A stretch of DNA of 64,000 nt from positions 49,296,862 to 49,360,861 of the forward strand of contig CM074511.1 in NCBI GenBank assembly GCA_037379345.1, written 5' to 3'. Positions within the stretch are counted from its first letter, which is position 1. The number at the start of each line of letters is the position of its first letter. This DNA is from Perna viridis (Eukaryota). The notes under the pieces were generated by a model. The model worked only from the letters and a program-made list of their open reading frames with translations, was not told where the DNA came from and searched no databases. The position numbers and the translations under genes were made by a program. Of this stretch, positions 25,954 to 37,511 are shown in pieces.

Positions 25954-26920
25954 AAACTCACAGAGGTTGGCAGTAGAACAACTCCCAATGGAGCAAACTC
26001 ACAGAGGTCGACGGTAGGAGAGCAACTACAACTGGAGCAAACTCACAGAGTTCGACAGTAGAAGAGCAACTCCAACTGGAGCAAACTCATAGAGGTTAGC
26101 AGTAGAACAACTCCCATTGCAGCAAACTTGCAGAGGTCGAGAGTAGAAGAGCAACTCCAATTGGAGCAAACTCACAGAGGTTAGCAGTAGAACAACTCCC
26201 ATTGCAGCAAACTTGCAGAGGTCGAGAGTAGAAGAGCAACTCCAATTGGAGCAAACTCACAGAGGTTAGCAGTAGAACAACTCCCATTGCAGCAAACTTG
26301 CAGAGGTCGAGAGTAGAAGAGCAACTCCAATTGGAGCAAACTCACAGAGGTTAGCAGTAGAACAACTCCCATTGCAGCAAACTTGCAGAGGTCGAGAGTA
26401 GAAGAGCAACTCCAATTGGAGCAAACTCACAGAGGTTAGCAGTAGAACAACTCCAATTGCAGCAAACTTGCAGAGGTCGAGAGTAGAAGAGCAACTCCAA
26501 TTGAAGCAAACTCACAGAGGTTAGCAGTAGAACAACTCCCAAGGGAGAAAATTTGCAGAGGCTGACAGTGGAAGAGCAACTCCAGTTGGAGCAAACTCAC
26601 AGAGGTTAGCAGTAGAACAACTCCCATTAGAGCAAACTTGCAGAGGTCGACAATAGGAGTGCATTCCAAATAGAGCAACTTACAGTGGTCAACAAGAGAA
26701 CAACTCCCACAGGAACATACTTACAGTGGTCAACAAGAGAACAACTCCCACAGGAACATACTTACAGTGGTCAACAAGAGAACAACTCCCATAGGAACAT
26801 ACTTACAGTGGTCAACATTCAAACAACTCCCAATGGAGGAAACTTACAGTGGTTGACAGTAGGAGAGCAACTCAAACTGTAGCAACTAACAGTGGCCAAT
26901 AGTAGAAAAACTCCCATTAG
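25954..26920. repeat. Compound minisatellite: 42/43-bp monomers forming an 85-bp dimer, grading into a 42-bp variant array
   Basis: Alternating 'ttagcagtagaacaactcccattgcagcaaacttgcagagg' and 'tcgagagtagaagagcaactccaattggagcaaactcacagagg'. The 85-bp period shows in ORF-track offsets 26096/26181/26351/26436. From ~26678 the unit is cttacagtggtcaacaagagaacaactcccacaggaacata. Confidence 0.95.
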
Positions 26921-27776
26921 AGGATAGCGGTTAACAGAGAAAAGAATTTAAATAAGGTAAAACTCACAATGGGGTATTTGAAGGACCATTTAGAGAATAT
27001 CAGTTTTTGATAAGACAAGCAGCTACTATTCCTGTTTGTACTTTATACTGGATACACAAACACTAGAAGCAATCATTAAAAAATGCAAATATCTAGTGTC
27101 ATGAAACAAGGATCCCATTTCAAAGCCACTGGTGAATTCTTTAAAACTGATATTAAAAATTTATAGAAATAACAAAATAAAACTGAAAATGATACAATCT
27201 CTAAGATAGAACAGATAAATTTGTAAGAAAAAGATTTTTCAATTAAATTTGAAATTTTCATTGATATAATCATGTTACTTGTACACAAAATATAATCAAA
27301 TTGACAAGTTTAAAACTTATCTGTAAATCTTAAATATTGTGCATCATTTTATTTCATTGATATTAAAATCTCCCATCAGTATAACAATCAGTCAATGGTG
27401 GAAAAATACAAATTATTGCAGCTGATTTTTTTCTATAATGCATTTAATTTCATTTAAATGCATTAACATCAGATTTCATTTATAAGATTTATGGCCTCTA
27501 CCATTACTCAATTATAGACACTCATAATTTACTTGATATACAAGATTCAATTTCTTCATTATGCAACAGTTGTGAAACACATCACCAGTCAGCATGCGAC
27601 CTTGTACCAATCTGTGCCCATACATTTCCAGTAATATGGAACTATATAGAAATATTATACCATAGTACACCTTTCCATTTAGAAATATTTCTTGATATAA
27701 CACATAAAATGTTACACACAGAAACAGTAAGTTTCTTCATTCAGTGACTTGTTTGGTATTTTCAGATGAATCATTT

Positions 27777-28140
27777 TAAGAATCATACAAATTGTGTAAT
27801 GTGTGATACATCCCAAAAAAGGTTACAAATTTTTATTGTTTAATTAAGTTACTTTATAGGTCTTTTTGATGAAATGTATAATCATTCATTCCAATCTGTC
27901 TGCTCTTAGGAGATACTTCACATTGAAAATCCAGTAATTTCTATTGCATTTTGGTATTATCTCCCTTAATTTTGAATTCTATAGCACATTCTATGTAATT
28001 TAAATAGGGTAATACATGAACAGCCACATGTCCATTTCTGTTTACTATAAAATTTTAAACAAAATATCAAAGATAAAAATATGTAGGCTTTCCAACTATG
28101 AATCACATATTGCATGATTCTTAGCTGGTGTACTACTTAA
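27777..28140 (-). mobile_element. Family A TTAA-bounded element, inverted and more diverged copy
   Basis: Reverse complement begins ttaagtagtacaccagctaagaatcatgcaatatgtgattcatagttggaaagcctacat. Internal blocks match copy 1. The distal terminus is degenerate. Confidence 0.8.
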
Positions 28141-29640
28141 CATTGCCAACCTGCACATTTGAAAGTTTCAGGTCTGACTGCAAAAAAATTGGCGAAACAT
28201 TTGCTTCAACAGCAAAATGAAATTGTTTCAATATTTTTTTTTTCTAAAGACTGTTTTTCTTTTTTTTAAGTCTATCAAAAACTACAAACATTAAATAATT
28301 CTGATATCTGTAAGCCATACGTCCTAGTTCAAGTTCAAGTACACCAGAACCCAGCACATGGCTGAAGAAATAAATTGTTACATCAGAAAAACTTCCAGAT
28401 CTTAATAGTCAAAGGACAGGTTTGTCTATGTACAATTGCATAATCACAGACAGGAAACGCCCACTTCAGATTCTAGTATTGAAATTTCTCAAATATTGAC
28501 TGAATTTTGTATTACAGAGGGTAAATATAATATGTCTGTTTGTGTTCCCAAACCCAACATAAGTGTCATTTGTCTACCCTTGGCTATTTAACTACTGTAT
28601 ATTGAAACTTAACAGGACAATCTTGAAAAAAATCACACAAGCAAAAAGTTGCTAATTTTAAACTATCCTTCTCTTTGTAAACATAATAGGTGACAATAGA
28701 GTTTTAATTCCTAATCCAAACTGTTAAATACCTCTCATATAAACCAAATTGTTGCTAAAAGGTTTCTTTTCATGTCAGACTTAACAATGTAGTGTTTTTA
28801 GCAGTTAGTGCTGTGTGTTTGTAAGATGTAGGAGCGTGCCTGCTTGTGAGGCCACCGGGTGTAGTCGTGTGGCTGTCACCTGGCCCACCTGTTTGTTACA
28901 CCAATATAAATCATCCTTGTAGTTACCTAAGAACATGAATACACAGGTTCTACTGGCTCCAGCAAAAATCCAAGGACCCTAATTATACTGGAACATCTGC
29001 TCCAGGTCTATGTGTTAGTCAACCATTATAATAACATTGAGACGTATCCTTAAGGAAAAAAAATAGAAAAGATAAAATCTTACTTTATGTAAAAGTATTA
29101 ATATTCATATTTCATGATCAAAACAATTTATTCTAATGACCAGTTTAATAGTTTTATTCACCTCAAGTTAAAAAAAACTCCTGGCCATGAGCAATTTAAC
29201 ACTATGTTGAAACCTCAATTTCCGTTAAGTATAATTTTTTGCACAACTGAACACATAAATTGTAACCTCAATCAGTGTGTGTAAGGATTACTAAGTACAC
29301 CTTCACACCTTGATCAATCAGCTACTTTGATGTTTACCTTTTATCAATTAATTATTTTTCCAAATAATTGTGGCAAAAAATATTCATTCAGAACTCTTTG
29401 AAATTCAATTTGTTTGAAAAAATCAACAGAGACTGCTTAAATGTGGCTTAGAATGTGTTGGTCTGGATAGTAATAATTAAAATTTATTGGAACAAACATG
29501 AAGTCTTACTGAAGGCTAATGCCACCAGCCGTGGCAAGTGTTAAAAGTTGATACTGACAAGTTTTATGGAGGAATCCTCTATCTTGTGTGTAGTTGACTT
29601 TTTCAACTCTTCAAATTTCATGACAATTAAACCCTGACCT

Positions 29641-29927
29641 AAAAATAGTCAGATAATTGGTGAAAAGGTCTGAAAATAGTCAGATAATTGGTGAAATGGT
29701 GAAAAGGTCGGAAAATAGTCAGATAATTGATGAAAAGGTCTGAAAATAGTCAGATAATTGGTGAAAAGGTCGGAAAATAGTCAGATAATTGGTGAAAAGG
29801 TCTGAAAATAGTCAGATAATTGATGAAAAGGTCTGAAAATAGTCAGATAATTGGTGAAAAGGTCGGAAAATAGTCAGATAATTGGTGAAAAGGTCTGAAA
29901 ATAGTCAGATAATTGATGAAAAGGTCT
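29641..29927. repeat. 31-bp minisatellite, 9 copies
   Basis: Unit gaaaatagtcagataattg(g/a)tgaaaaggtc(t/g), with one 8-bp internal duplication in unit 2. Confidence 0.97.
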
Positions 29928-31210
29928 GTTGCTTTCAAAAGATGTAAGATTCACAGTAGCTGTTGATAAACCATCCTAAAGACAAAAACTCCAAAATATG
30001 AAAAAAAAAAACAAAAAAAAAACAGTTGCTTCATATTACACCTTATTAGCAATAAATTTAAGAAATGACAGAAAAACATCTACAAAATCAGTTATTCATT
30101 TGCACCAACCTGAAGATAAAATATAAGTCAAACTTATTTAATCTAAAAGGCAGCATATATTGGCTATATATCAAAACTGTTTGCATGAACTGTGCAAAGC
30201 ATGCAAATATTAAATGTTGGAAAATGATTAAAATAGCATTCACCTGGATTCGTGCCCTAAGCATAAAGCTTCTTTCCATCCCTCAAACTTTTCAATGACC
30301 TACTATTTATTTCATCTTAATCGGAAATAGTGTCTGCAAAACAGTATACCTTCACATTTCAAATGTAAATCAAGCACTTGCAAATTTTCATTTTTATTTC
30401 TTTTTTATTCAAATGGAGGTTAAGTTTGAACATCAGCCCACAGGTATTGTGAGGATTTCTACCGACAACTAAATTGATAAATGTACCAACTGAGCTGAAT
30501 ATGAAAGAGATACCTGAATTAAAAGTACTTTCTTCCACAAATTACAGCCATAAAGTTGGATTGACAATACTTGATATGTACATAAACTGTCTACTAAACA
30601 TAGACTTTAGGAAGCTCACTATTGTTGTACTCTTTTTGATCCACAACATCATAGTAACAGATGCAGCTGCCAGCTGACTCCAAATTTTTGTACATTTTTT
30701 ATGGCTCGATGCTTAAAATCAACATCTATAAAAATGTATTGTAACATTTATCTCTACCTATAACAGGTCAAAATGGTCTATGAAAAAAATTGTTTCTGTC
30801 TGAAAAATCTGTGTAAAATGTCACACAATAACTTGTGCTGCTCCAGTTTTTTTTAAATAATGATTGGTTGAGGGTTAATGTGTAACAGTACAAGTTATAA
30901 TGCACTTTATATTGGGATTGAGCCAAAGAAGGTTGAATCATAATAGTAGCTGAATTGTCCAGGGACTCACAGTTTGCATGTAAACCAGCAACAAAAAGTT
31001 AATTTACTAGCACTGAGTGAGAAAACCTAATTTCTCAACACCAGACAATTCAATTTTGAACTAATAATTTTAGACTGAAATTCAGCAATTGTTCTTCATG
31101 AAGAGCATATCAATTTATATTAAGTACAAAAAAAATGTTTGCAATATTTACCCTTACAAATATCAAACTAACCATTTACATATAATTATTGGTCAAGTTC
31201 TGCACTATTT

Positions 31211-31355
31211 CAGTGGAAATTCTAAGGGGTTAGCACCCCTCTATTTTATTGGAAAATTTGGTGTTGTCATGTGTAAAATTGGAGAAAAAAAAAATGAAAA
31301 AAAATTCCTAAATCCAGGCTAGCACCCCTCCTTTTCAAACTGTCTGGACACCCTG
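31211..31355. mobile_element. Degraded short MITE with CAG...CTG ends
   Basis: cagtggaaattctaagggg ... ctggacaccctg, with internal direct repeat tagcacccctc twice. Confidence 0.35.
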
Positions 31356-33399
31356 CTTCTGCATCCATTCAAAAATCATTGCTCAACCAGTTAAGAGAGG
31401 AAATGATAACTTCTAACAAATGGAGATATCTTGTTAACAATATCAAGCAATGCCCAGATGACATCATCCATAGTTAGAGAAATCTGATATTCTGAGACTT
31501 AAAACAATATATAAAAGTTACATTACATGTGTGACCTTGACATTTTGACCTTTCATAACACCTGGAGTTTGATTCCTTCCCATTTCTGGCAGATCAATTG
31601 AAATAATTCTAGTTATATAATATGGACACCCAAGTTTGCCAAGTAATTCTGGCTCATACTCCAAAAAATCCCATGCATGTGTGACTCCTGATTTTGTGGC
31701 AAGAATAATATTCTCTCCAGATATTTTTTCCCAACTTGTCAGACAGTACAGTCTGTTCTAGTGCCAATACTTAGGTATTTGCAAGTTCTTTCTACCTTCA
31801 TTCCTTAATGCTAAGAATTTCCAAGTTAAACATGATGATTTGACTAAATTTGACATGATTGACAAGTCTGGCCAAGGTCAAAATCAAGTATGCTTTGAAG
31901 TTAGTAACAATTTGGCCATTCCCTATCAAGTTGCATCCACTGATAGACCCACACTGTTAGATAACCCAGGTTCAACAATGCAACAGAGGTCAGGTCATGG
32001 TGAACCCTTATTTTATACATAGTTGGCATAATTTTCACACTAATTAGTGATGGTATAATCTTTAACCATGAATATAATATTCATTTTACCAGAATAAATT
32101 ACATTTGTACAGCATAACATCAAATCATCAAGTATACATACCTACCAAAAACAGTTAAGTGATTTCCCAGAGGAAATATGGACATATTTTTTTCAGGACT
32201 ATGAAAGTTTTCTTAGTGACTACAGAACAGAGCAAGTAATGGAGTTCAAATGGAATATAATTAGATCCAAACTTCAAAATATGGTGATTTCAAACTGCCT
32301 GGAGTTAATTTTCCTTTCAAGAATACCATTTTCTAAGTTGTTTCTACAAATTCCATCAAATATGTGTTAAATCAAAATAAATATTTGTTTGGTCAATATT
32401 GACAGTTAATTTACATACAACTGTTAATAAGTAATTACAGCACCTCTGTGCTAATCCCTTTGATGTGGTGTTTAAGAATTAAATGGGTTTGAAATGAAAG
32501 GAAACAATTACTCAACATTTGATGTGGTTTTTTTTCTTACCGAATTATCTACAATATCAAATTAAAACAAATATTATTAGTGGTTTAATTGACATATATT
32601 TCATTAATTATTAATTGACCAATAAAATGTACTTTCATGGCTACTTCAAAATTTTGTAATATCATTTAACACTACTTGATAAGTCAAATTATATTATTTA
32701 ATACATAGTAAGGTCAGTCAGGTGTAGATTAAGTTACTCTAAAATATGAAATGAAATAGGATTTCAATATAAAGCCCTTATTGCATCAGAACACACTACT
32801 GTTTGGAGACATTGCTTAGATTATTAAATGCATTTTGAGTTAACACATGATTATAGAAAACTTCCAATAACTATAAAACTTTTAATAAAAAGGACATCAA
32901 GAGCATCCCTCTCAACGAAAAACCTGGATGTTCCTTATATTACACAAATCATGGCAAAATATTGCTTACAAAAGAGAACTTTCAATTGCATATCTGCTTA
33001 TAGTAATATGTATCAATCCCACATCAGAAAAAAAAGTTTCTGAGACGAACCATCATAAGTGGGCAGATAAAATACTACATACATCTATGGCAGTGAGAGG
33101 AATCTAGCTCAAGAATGTATTCCATGTAAAGTATGTTATTTATTGGCAATAATTGAATTATGTACATGTCATAAATTTGTTGAGTTCTTAAGGACACTTC
33201 AAGGTGAAACTTTGCATTATTCATACTAAATTATAACACTACAATCTAATCTACAAGATGTTTCATCAATCCCTTGCATTGGGCATTAAATAATAGCTCT
33301 TTTTTACTATCAGTAGGCAAAAAGATTAAAAAAATAATTCACTGATTGAAAGATAATAATTCAGACATTACATTTATGCATACAGTGACCAAATTATGG

Positions 33400-33860
33400 C
33401 TACTTTCAATTAAGAGTATTCTTATTATGCAAAACGTGGTTGCACATGTAGTGAACCCCCTCCCACTTGTTGTATATGAAGGAAAATGAGTCCTACGAAA
33501 CAGGAAGTTGATATCAGACAGCAACCACAATTGTTTACTACTAATTCCCTATTTATATAAAGCTACATGCCACATTTGAAGTCAATCCAACCATGAGTAG
33601 CCAAGTTAATGTAAAGAAATTTTCTTTACTATTTCTCATAGTGAAAAATGGCAATGTCCTCTGAAACAGAAGTTGATATCAGACAGCCACAAAAATCACT
33701 TACCCCAATTCCACTTATGCCCTATCTGTATAATGGCACATACCAAATTTAAAATCAATGCATTCATTTGGAGTTATAATTGATGCCACTAAAGTCAGAT
33801 GGATGGAAGGACAGAATAACAAATGGACAGACAGAGCCTCACAAGTTGGGGTATCATATA
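33400..33860. mobile_element. Degraded HINE-type element with 166-bp internal repeat and (GAYG/GACA)n tract
   Basis: gtcct..gaaacag(g)aagttgatatcagacagc recurs at 33497 and 33663 (166 bp apart). It is followed by the microsatellite-like tract gatggatggaaggacag...ggacagacag. Confidence 0.55.
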
Positions 33861-34221
33861 AATTGTTTAAATTCTTATGTTTTAAGGTACTTTTTTTACA
33901 TTCCCACAAAATATCTGCAACCCTTTACACAAAATATCTTAAGTACAAAATTAGTGGTAAGTGACATCATAATATATCAGAGTATTTAGATGTCATAACT
34001 AATTTTACACTTCAGATTTTATTGAGAAATCAGCTACTGTTATCTGGAATATACAGTCTGAAATGTTTTGATGTGACCAAATTCCAAATAAGTATCACAA
34101 CCCTTACACTCTTAAGATGTCTCATCATATAATACGAAATGAATACCAGTAGAAATTGCAATTAAAAAAAAAACACATCTTACTAAATAACACACAAAAA
34201 GGTATATAAAACAACAAACTA

Positions 34222-34625
34222 TTAAGTAGTACTCCGGCTAAGAATCATGCAAAATGCGATTCATGGGTGAAAAGCCTACATATTTTTATTTTTGATATTT
34301 TGTTTAAAATGCTTTAGTAAACAGAAATTAACATGTTGCTTTTCATATAACTCGTGCTCATAGGAGATAAAAATTGTATAGAATGCACTGCAGAATTCGA
34401 AAGTAAGGGAGATACCTCTGTAAATGACACTCAAATACAATGGAATCTACTGGATTTTCAATGTTGATTATCTCCTAAGAGCAGGAAGATTTGAATGAAT
34501 AATTACATATTTCATAATATAGACCCATAAAACAACTTAATTACAAAAACAAAAATATGTAGCCTTTTTTGGGGTGTATCACAGTTTTCAGATTTTGCAT
34601 GATTCTTACAAAGACAGCTATTTAA
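34222..34625 (+). mobile_element. Family A TTAA-bounded element, copy 3
   Basis: ttaa gtagtactccggctaagaatcatgcaaaat ... attttgcatgattcttacaaagacagctat ttaa. Colinear with 7367-7769. Confidence 0.9.
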
Positions 34626-35297
34626 AATCATGCATTACTTGATTATATGATTAAAGGTCCCTATTTACAAAATAAACAACACATAAAATGTAATAAATGA
34701 ACACATATATACAGAATAAAAACACATTCAATAAGACCAAACATAGCAATGTACCATTCTTCTGATGACAAACTGAATTATCTACTTATAATAAATTGGA
34801 TAAGTCTTTAAGGACATTTAAACATGAAAGGTAAAAACTTGCATCTAAATTAATCTGTTTATTAACTACAAAGTAACTAATTAATTTACATTGTACAGAG
34901 GTTTTTTGCCCTTTGCTTCAAAAATAAGGAACATAAAAGAAACAATACATTAGACAAATTTGATTAATTGATCTAGAATAATATTCTCTCTGAACTTGCA
35001 TCATACAAATGTGGACTAAGGGAAATAATTATTGTAACTTAATTGATTGGGTAAGTTAATTACTACAACCCTTGGCAGTGACAGGACATGACCACTGTGA
35101 CCTGACATGACTAACTGCTAACACAGCAGGAATGACCACATGTTTGACCTTTGACACCACAGGGTCAGGTTAACAGTGTAATAAAGATTATTACAGGATT
35201 ATCTGGAATCAAAGGATACAGCTGGAGTTTTAATCTGATAGATCATAATAATTAAAATGTTTTGGCTAAATAAAAAATAAAATCAGTAAAATTTTTG

Positions 35298-35800
35298 TTT
35301 GTTTGTTGGGGTTTAACGCCCGAGCAGCAATATTTCAGCTATATTCAGGCGATGAACATGAAGTGGATGAAAAAATGAACATGAAATGATGATGAAATGA
35401 AAAATGGGATGGGACACAAGGATAATGGGGTTGAGAAATTTTGATTGCCACTGGAGAGGTGGGTAGGGTCGGGCAATTTTGCCTCCTGTGGCGGAACCCT
35501 ATGGTTTCTACTTCGGGAGAATACCACAGTAGGGTTCTTTAACATGCGAGGAACATGGCATCTTTCCCAACATGGTGCAACACTATGGTTTGCGGTCAGG
35601 TTTTCCATATTATAGCCTGATAACCCCAGCATGTAACATGCAAGGGGTACCCCATTCCACAACCTGGGCAAAACCCAGTTGCTCTGTGGGCAGAGCGCCC
35701 TAGCCCCTAGCTAGATTTCTGAGCACTATTTAGTCGCCTTTTACGACAAGCTTAGCGCTGCTGCAGGCCTATTTTTTTTACACCCGGACCTGCACAGGGC
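35298..35800 (-). mobile_element. Full-length ~503-bp non-autonomous retroposon (SINE-like) with structured non-tRNA head and (CAAA)n tail
   Basis: 12-bp TSD gtaaaatttttg (35286-97) / gtaaaaattttg (35801-12). Minus-strand 3' end gctgaaatattgctgctcgggcgttaaaccccaacaaacaaac. The 5' part contains GCTTGTCGTAAAAGGCGACTAA. The element is GC/CpG-rich relative to its flanks. Confidence 0.85.
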
Positions 35801-37108
35801 GTAAAAATTTTGAGCATGGAGATAAAAATCAAACTAAAAATTAGGATAATACTGGCAACAGCTTTTCATAAAATATTACATTTATGAAAGAGTGAAATAT
35901 GCATTAACATGAGAGTAAGAAAATACAAATATCCAATTTTCATGCATTATTCGTTTAATGTATGATGAGACAGGAACATGTTATTCTTAATATTCCTCAA
36001 ACCATTAAATCCTGATTGATTTTCTCAACTTGTTTACAAGCTAGGCGATTGATTGGTGATCAGAAGATCTAAGGTCTAAAACTTTTATGAAAATGAACAG
36101 AGACAAGTGAAACATCAGACTGGGTAATAAATCGCAGCTGTTCTTTATCTTTTGTAAAGGACCATCATAAAAATGTGACAAAAAGACATTAGAAATTCTG
36201 GAATGTCAAAATCATATTATGTCGCCTTGCAGTGGTGTATTAGGCTGTATTGATTATGCGAAGATTCATAATTATCCTGTCCACGTGCCACTGGAAATTA
36301 AAAGCCTTATAAAGTCACGCTTCCACAAAAAGATAAATATGCGGGTTGAACTCGTACCCTTTCCCTGCATTGCTCCAAGCAAGTTATTTGAGTCTGCATG
36401 AATAATTGCATTGAGTCACAAGTGACAATAAATGAAAAATCGTTTGAAACCCTTAATAAGTTGTGCAATTATTGATATGAAACGGATTGGAAAAATTTTC
36501 ATCTGAAACCCTATACAAAGTCCATCTTGTAACTTAAACAACTGTCATTATTATAAAAATGCAAAAGTTGAAAAGTTGACATTTCATCTTAATCTTGATT
36601 GAATATGAAACCATTTGAGAGAGACTTTATAATTATGTCATATAAATAATCAATAGATCTGCATTGTCATGCACCTGAAGGGCATTGTTATTAAGTGCTT
36701 CAAGCGCTTATCATATTTCAATACAAAAAAAAGATATTAAAATGATTTTGAAATTAGCATTCTCAATAACAATGCTATAGAACAGTGACTTTAGTGTTGC
36801 CTCCGAGAGAGCTTTCAACATCCTGCAAAGTTTCATACACTTACATTTGGAAATTAATAAGAAATAAGAATCCATGGTGTGTTGCACAAAAGGGCTCTCG
36901 TACACAGCATTAAGGTGAAAGACCTAACAGATTTTCTATAATGCGACATAGAGAATTTGATTGATAAAAAAACAATTGTAAACTTCCTCATTGCTTCATG
37001 TTCACTCTATGTATCCAGAATGTATAATTGGTAAAAAATAACACTAGTCAAGTAATATTTGTATTTACCAATAATCCTTCAAACAAGGAAGATATAACTA
37101 ATTGTGAA

Positions 37109-37511
37109 TTAAGTAGCACTCCAGCTAAGAATCACGCAAAATGTGATATATGGTTGGAAAGCCTACATATTTTTATTTTTGATATTTTGTTTAAAATGCT
37201 TTAGTAAACAGAAATTAACATTTGGTTTTTCATATAACCGATGCTCATAGGAGATAAAAAATATATAGAATGCACTGTAGATTTCAAAATTAAGGGAGAT
37301 AACTCTGTAGATGACACTCAAATACAATAGAATCTATTGGATTTTCAATGTTGATTACCTCCTAAGAGCAGAGAGATCTGAATGAATAATTACACACTGC
37401 ATAATTTACACCCATAAAACAACTTAATTACAAAAATAAAAATATGTATGCTTTTTTGGGATGTATCACATTTTTCAGATTTGCATGATTCTTACAAAGA
37501 CAGCTACTTAA
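37109..37511 (+). mobile_element. Family A TTAA-bounded element, copy 4
   Basis: ttaa gtagcactccagctaagaatcacgcaaaat ... atttgcatgattcttacaaagacagctac ttaa. Confidence 0.9.

Noticed and set aside
26096-26882. Repeated 63-80 aa ORFs in the ORF track
   Set aside because: These are translations of the 85-bp and 42-bp tandem repeat. 85 is not a multiple of 3, so frames shift and stop periodically.
35345-35671. 108-aa ORF, the longest in the track
   Set aside because: It lies inside the GC-rich retroposon, has a low-complexity C-terminus from the TTCAT tract, and has no recognisable domain.
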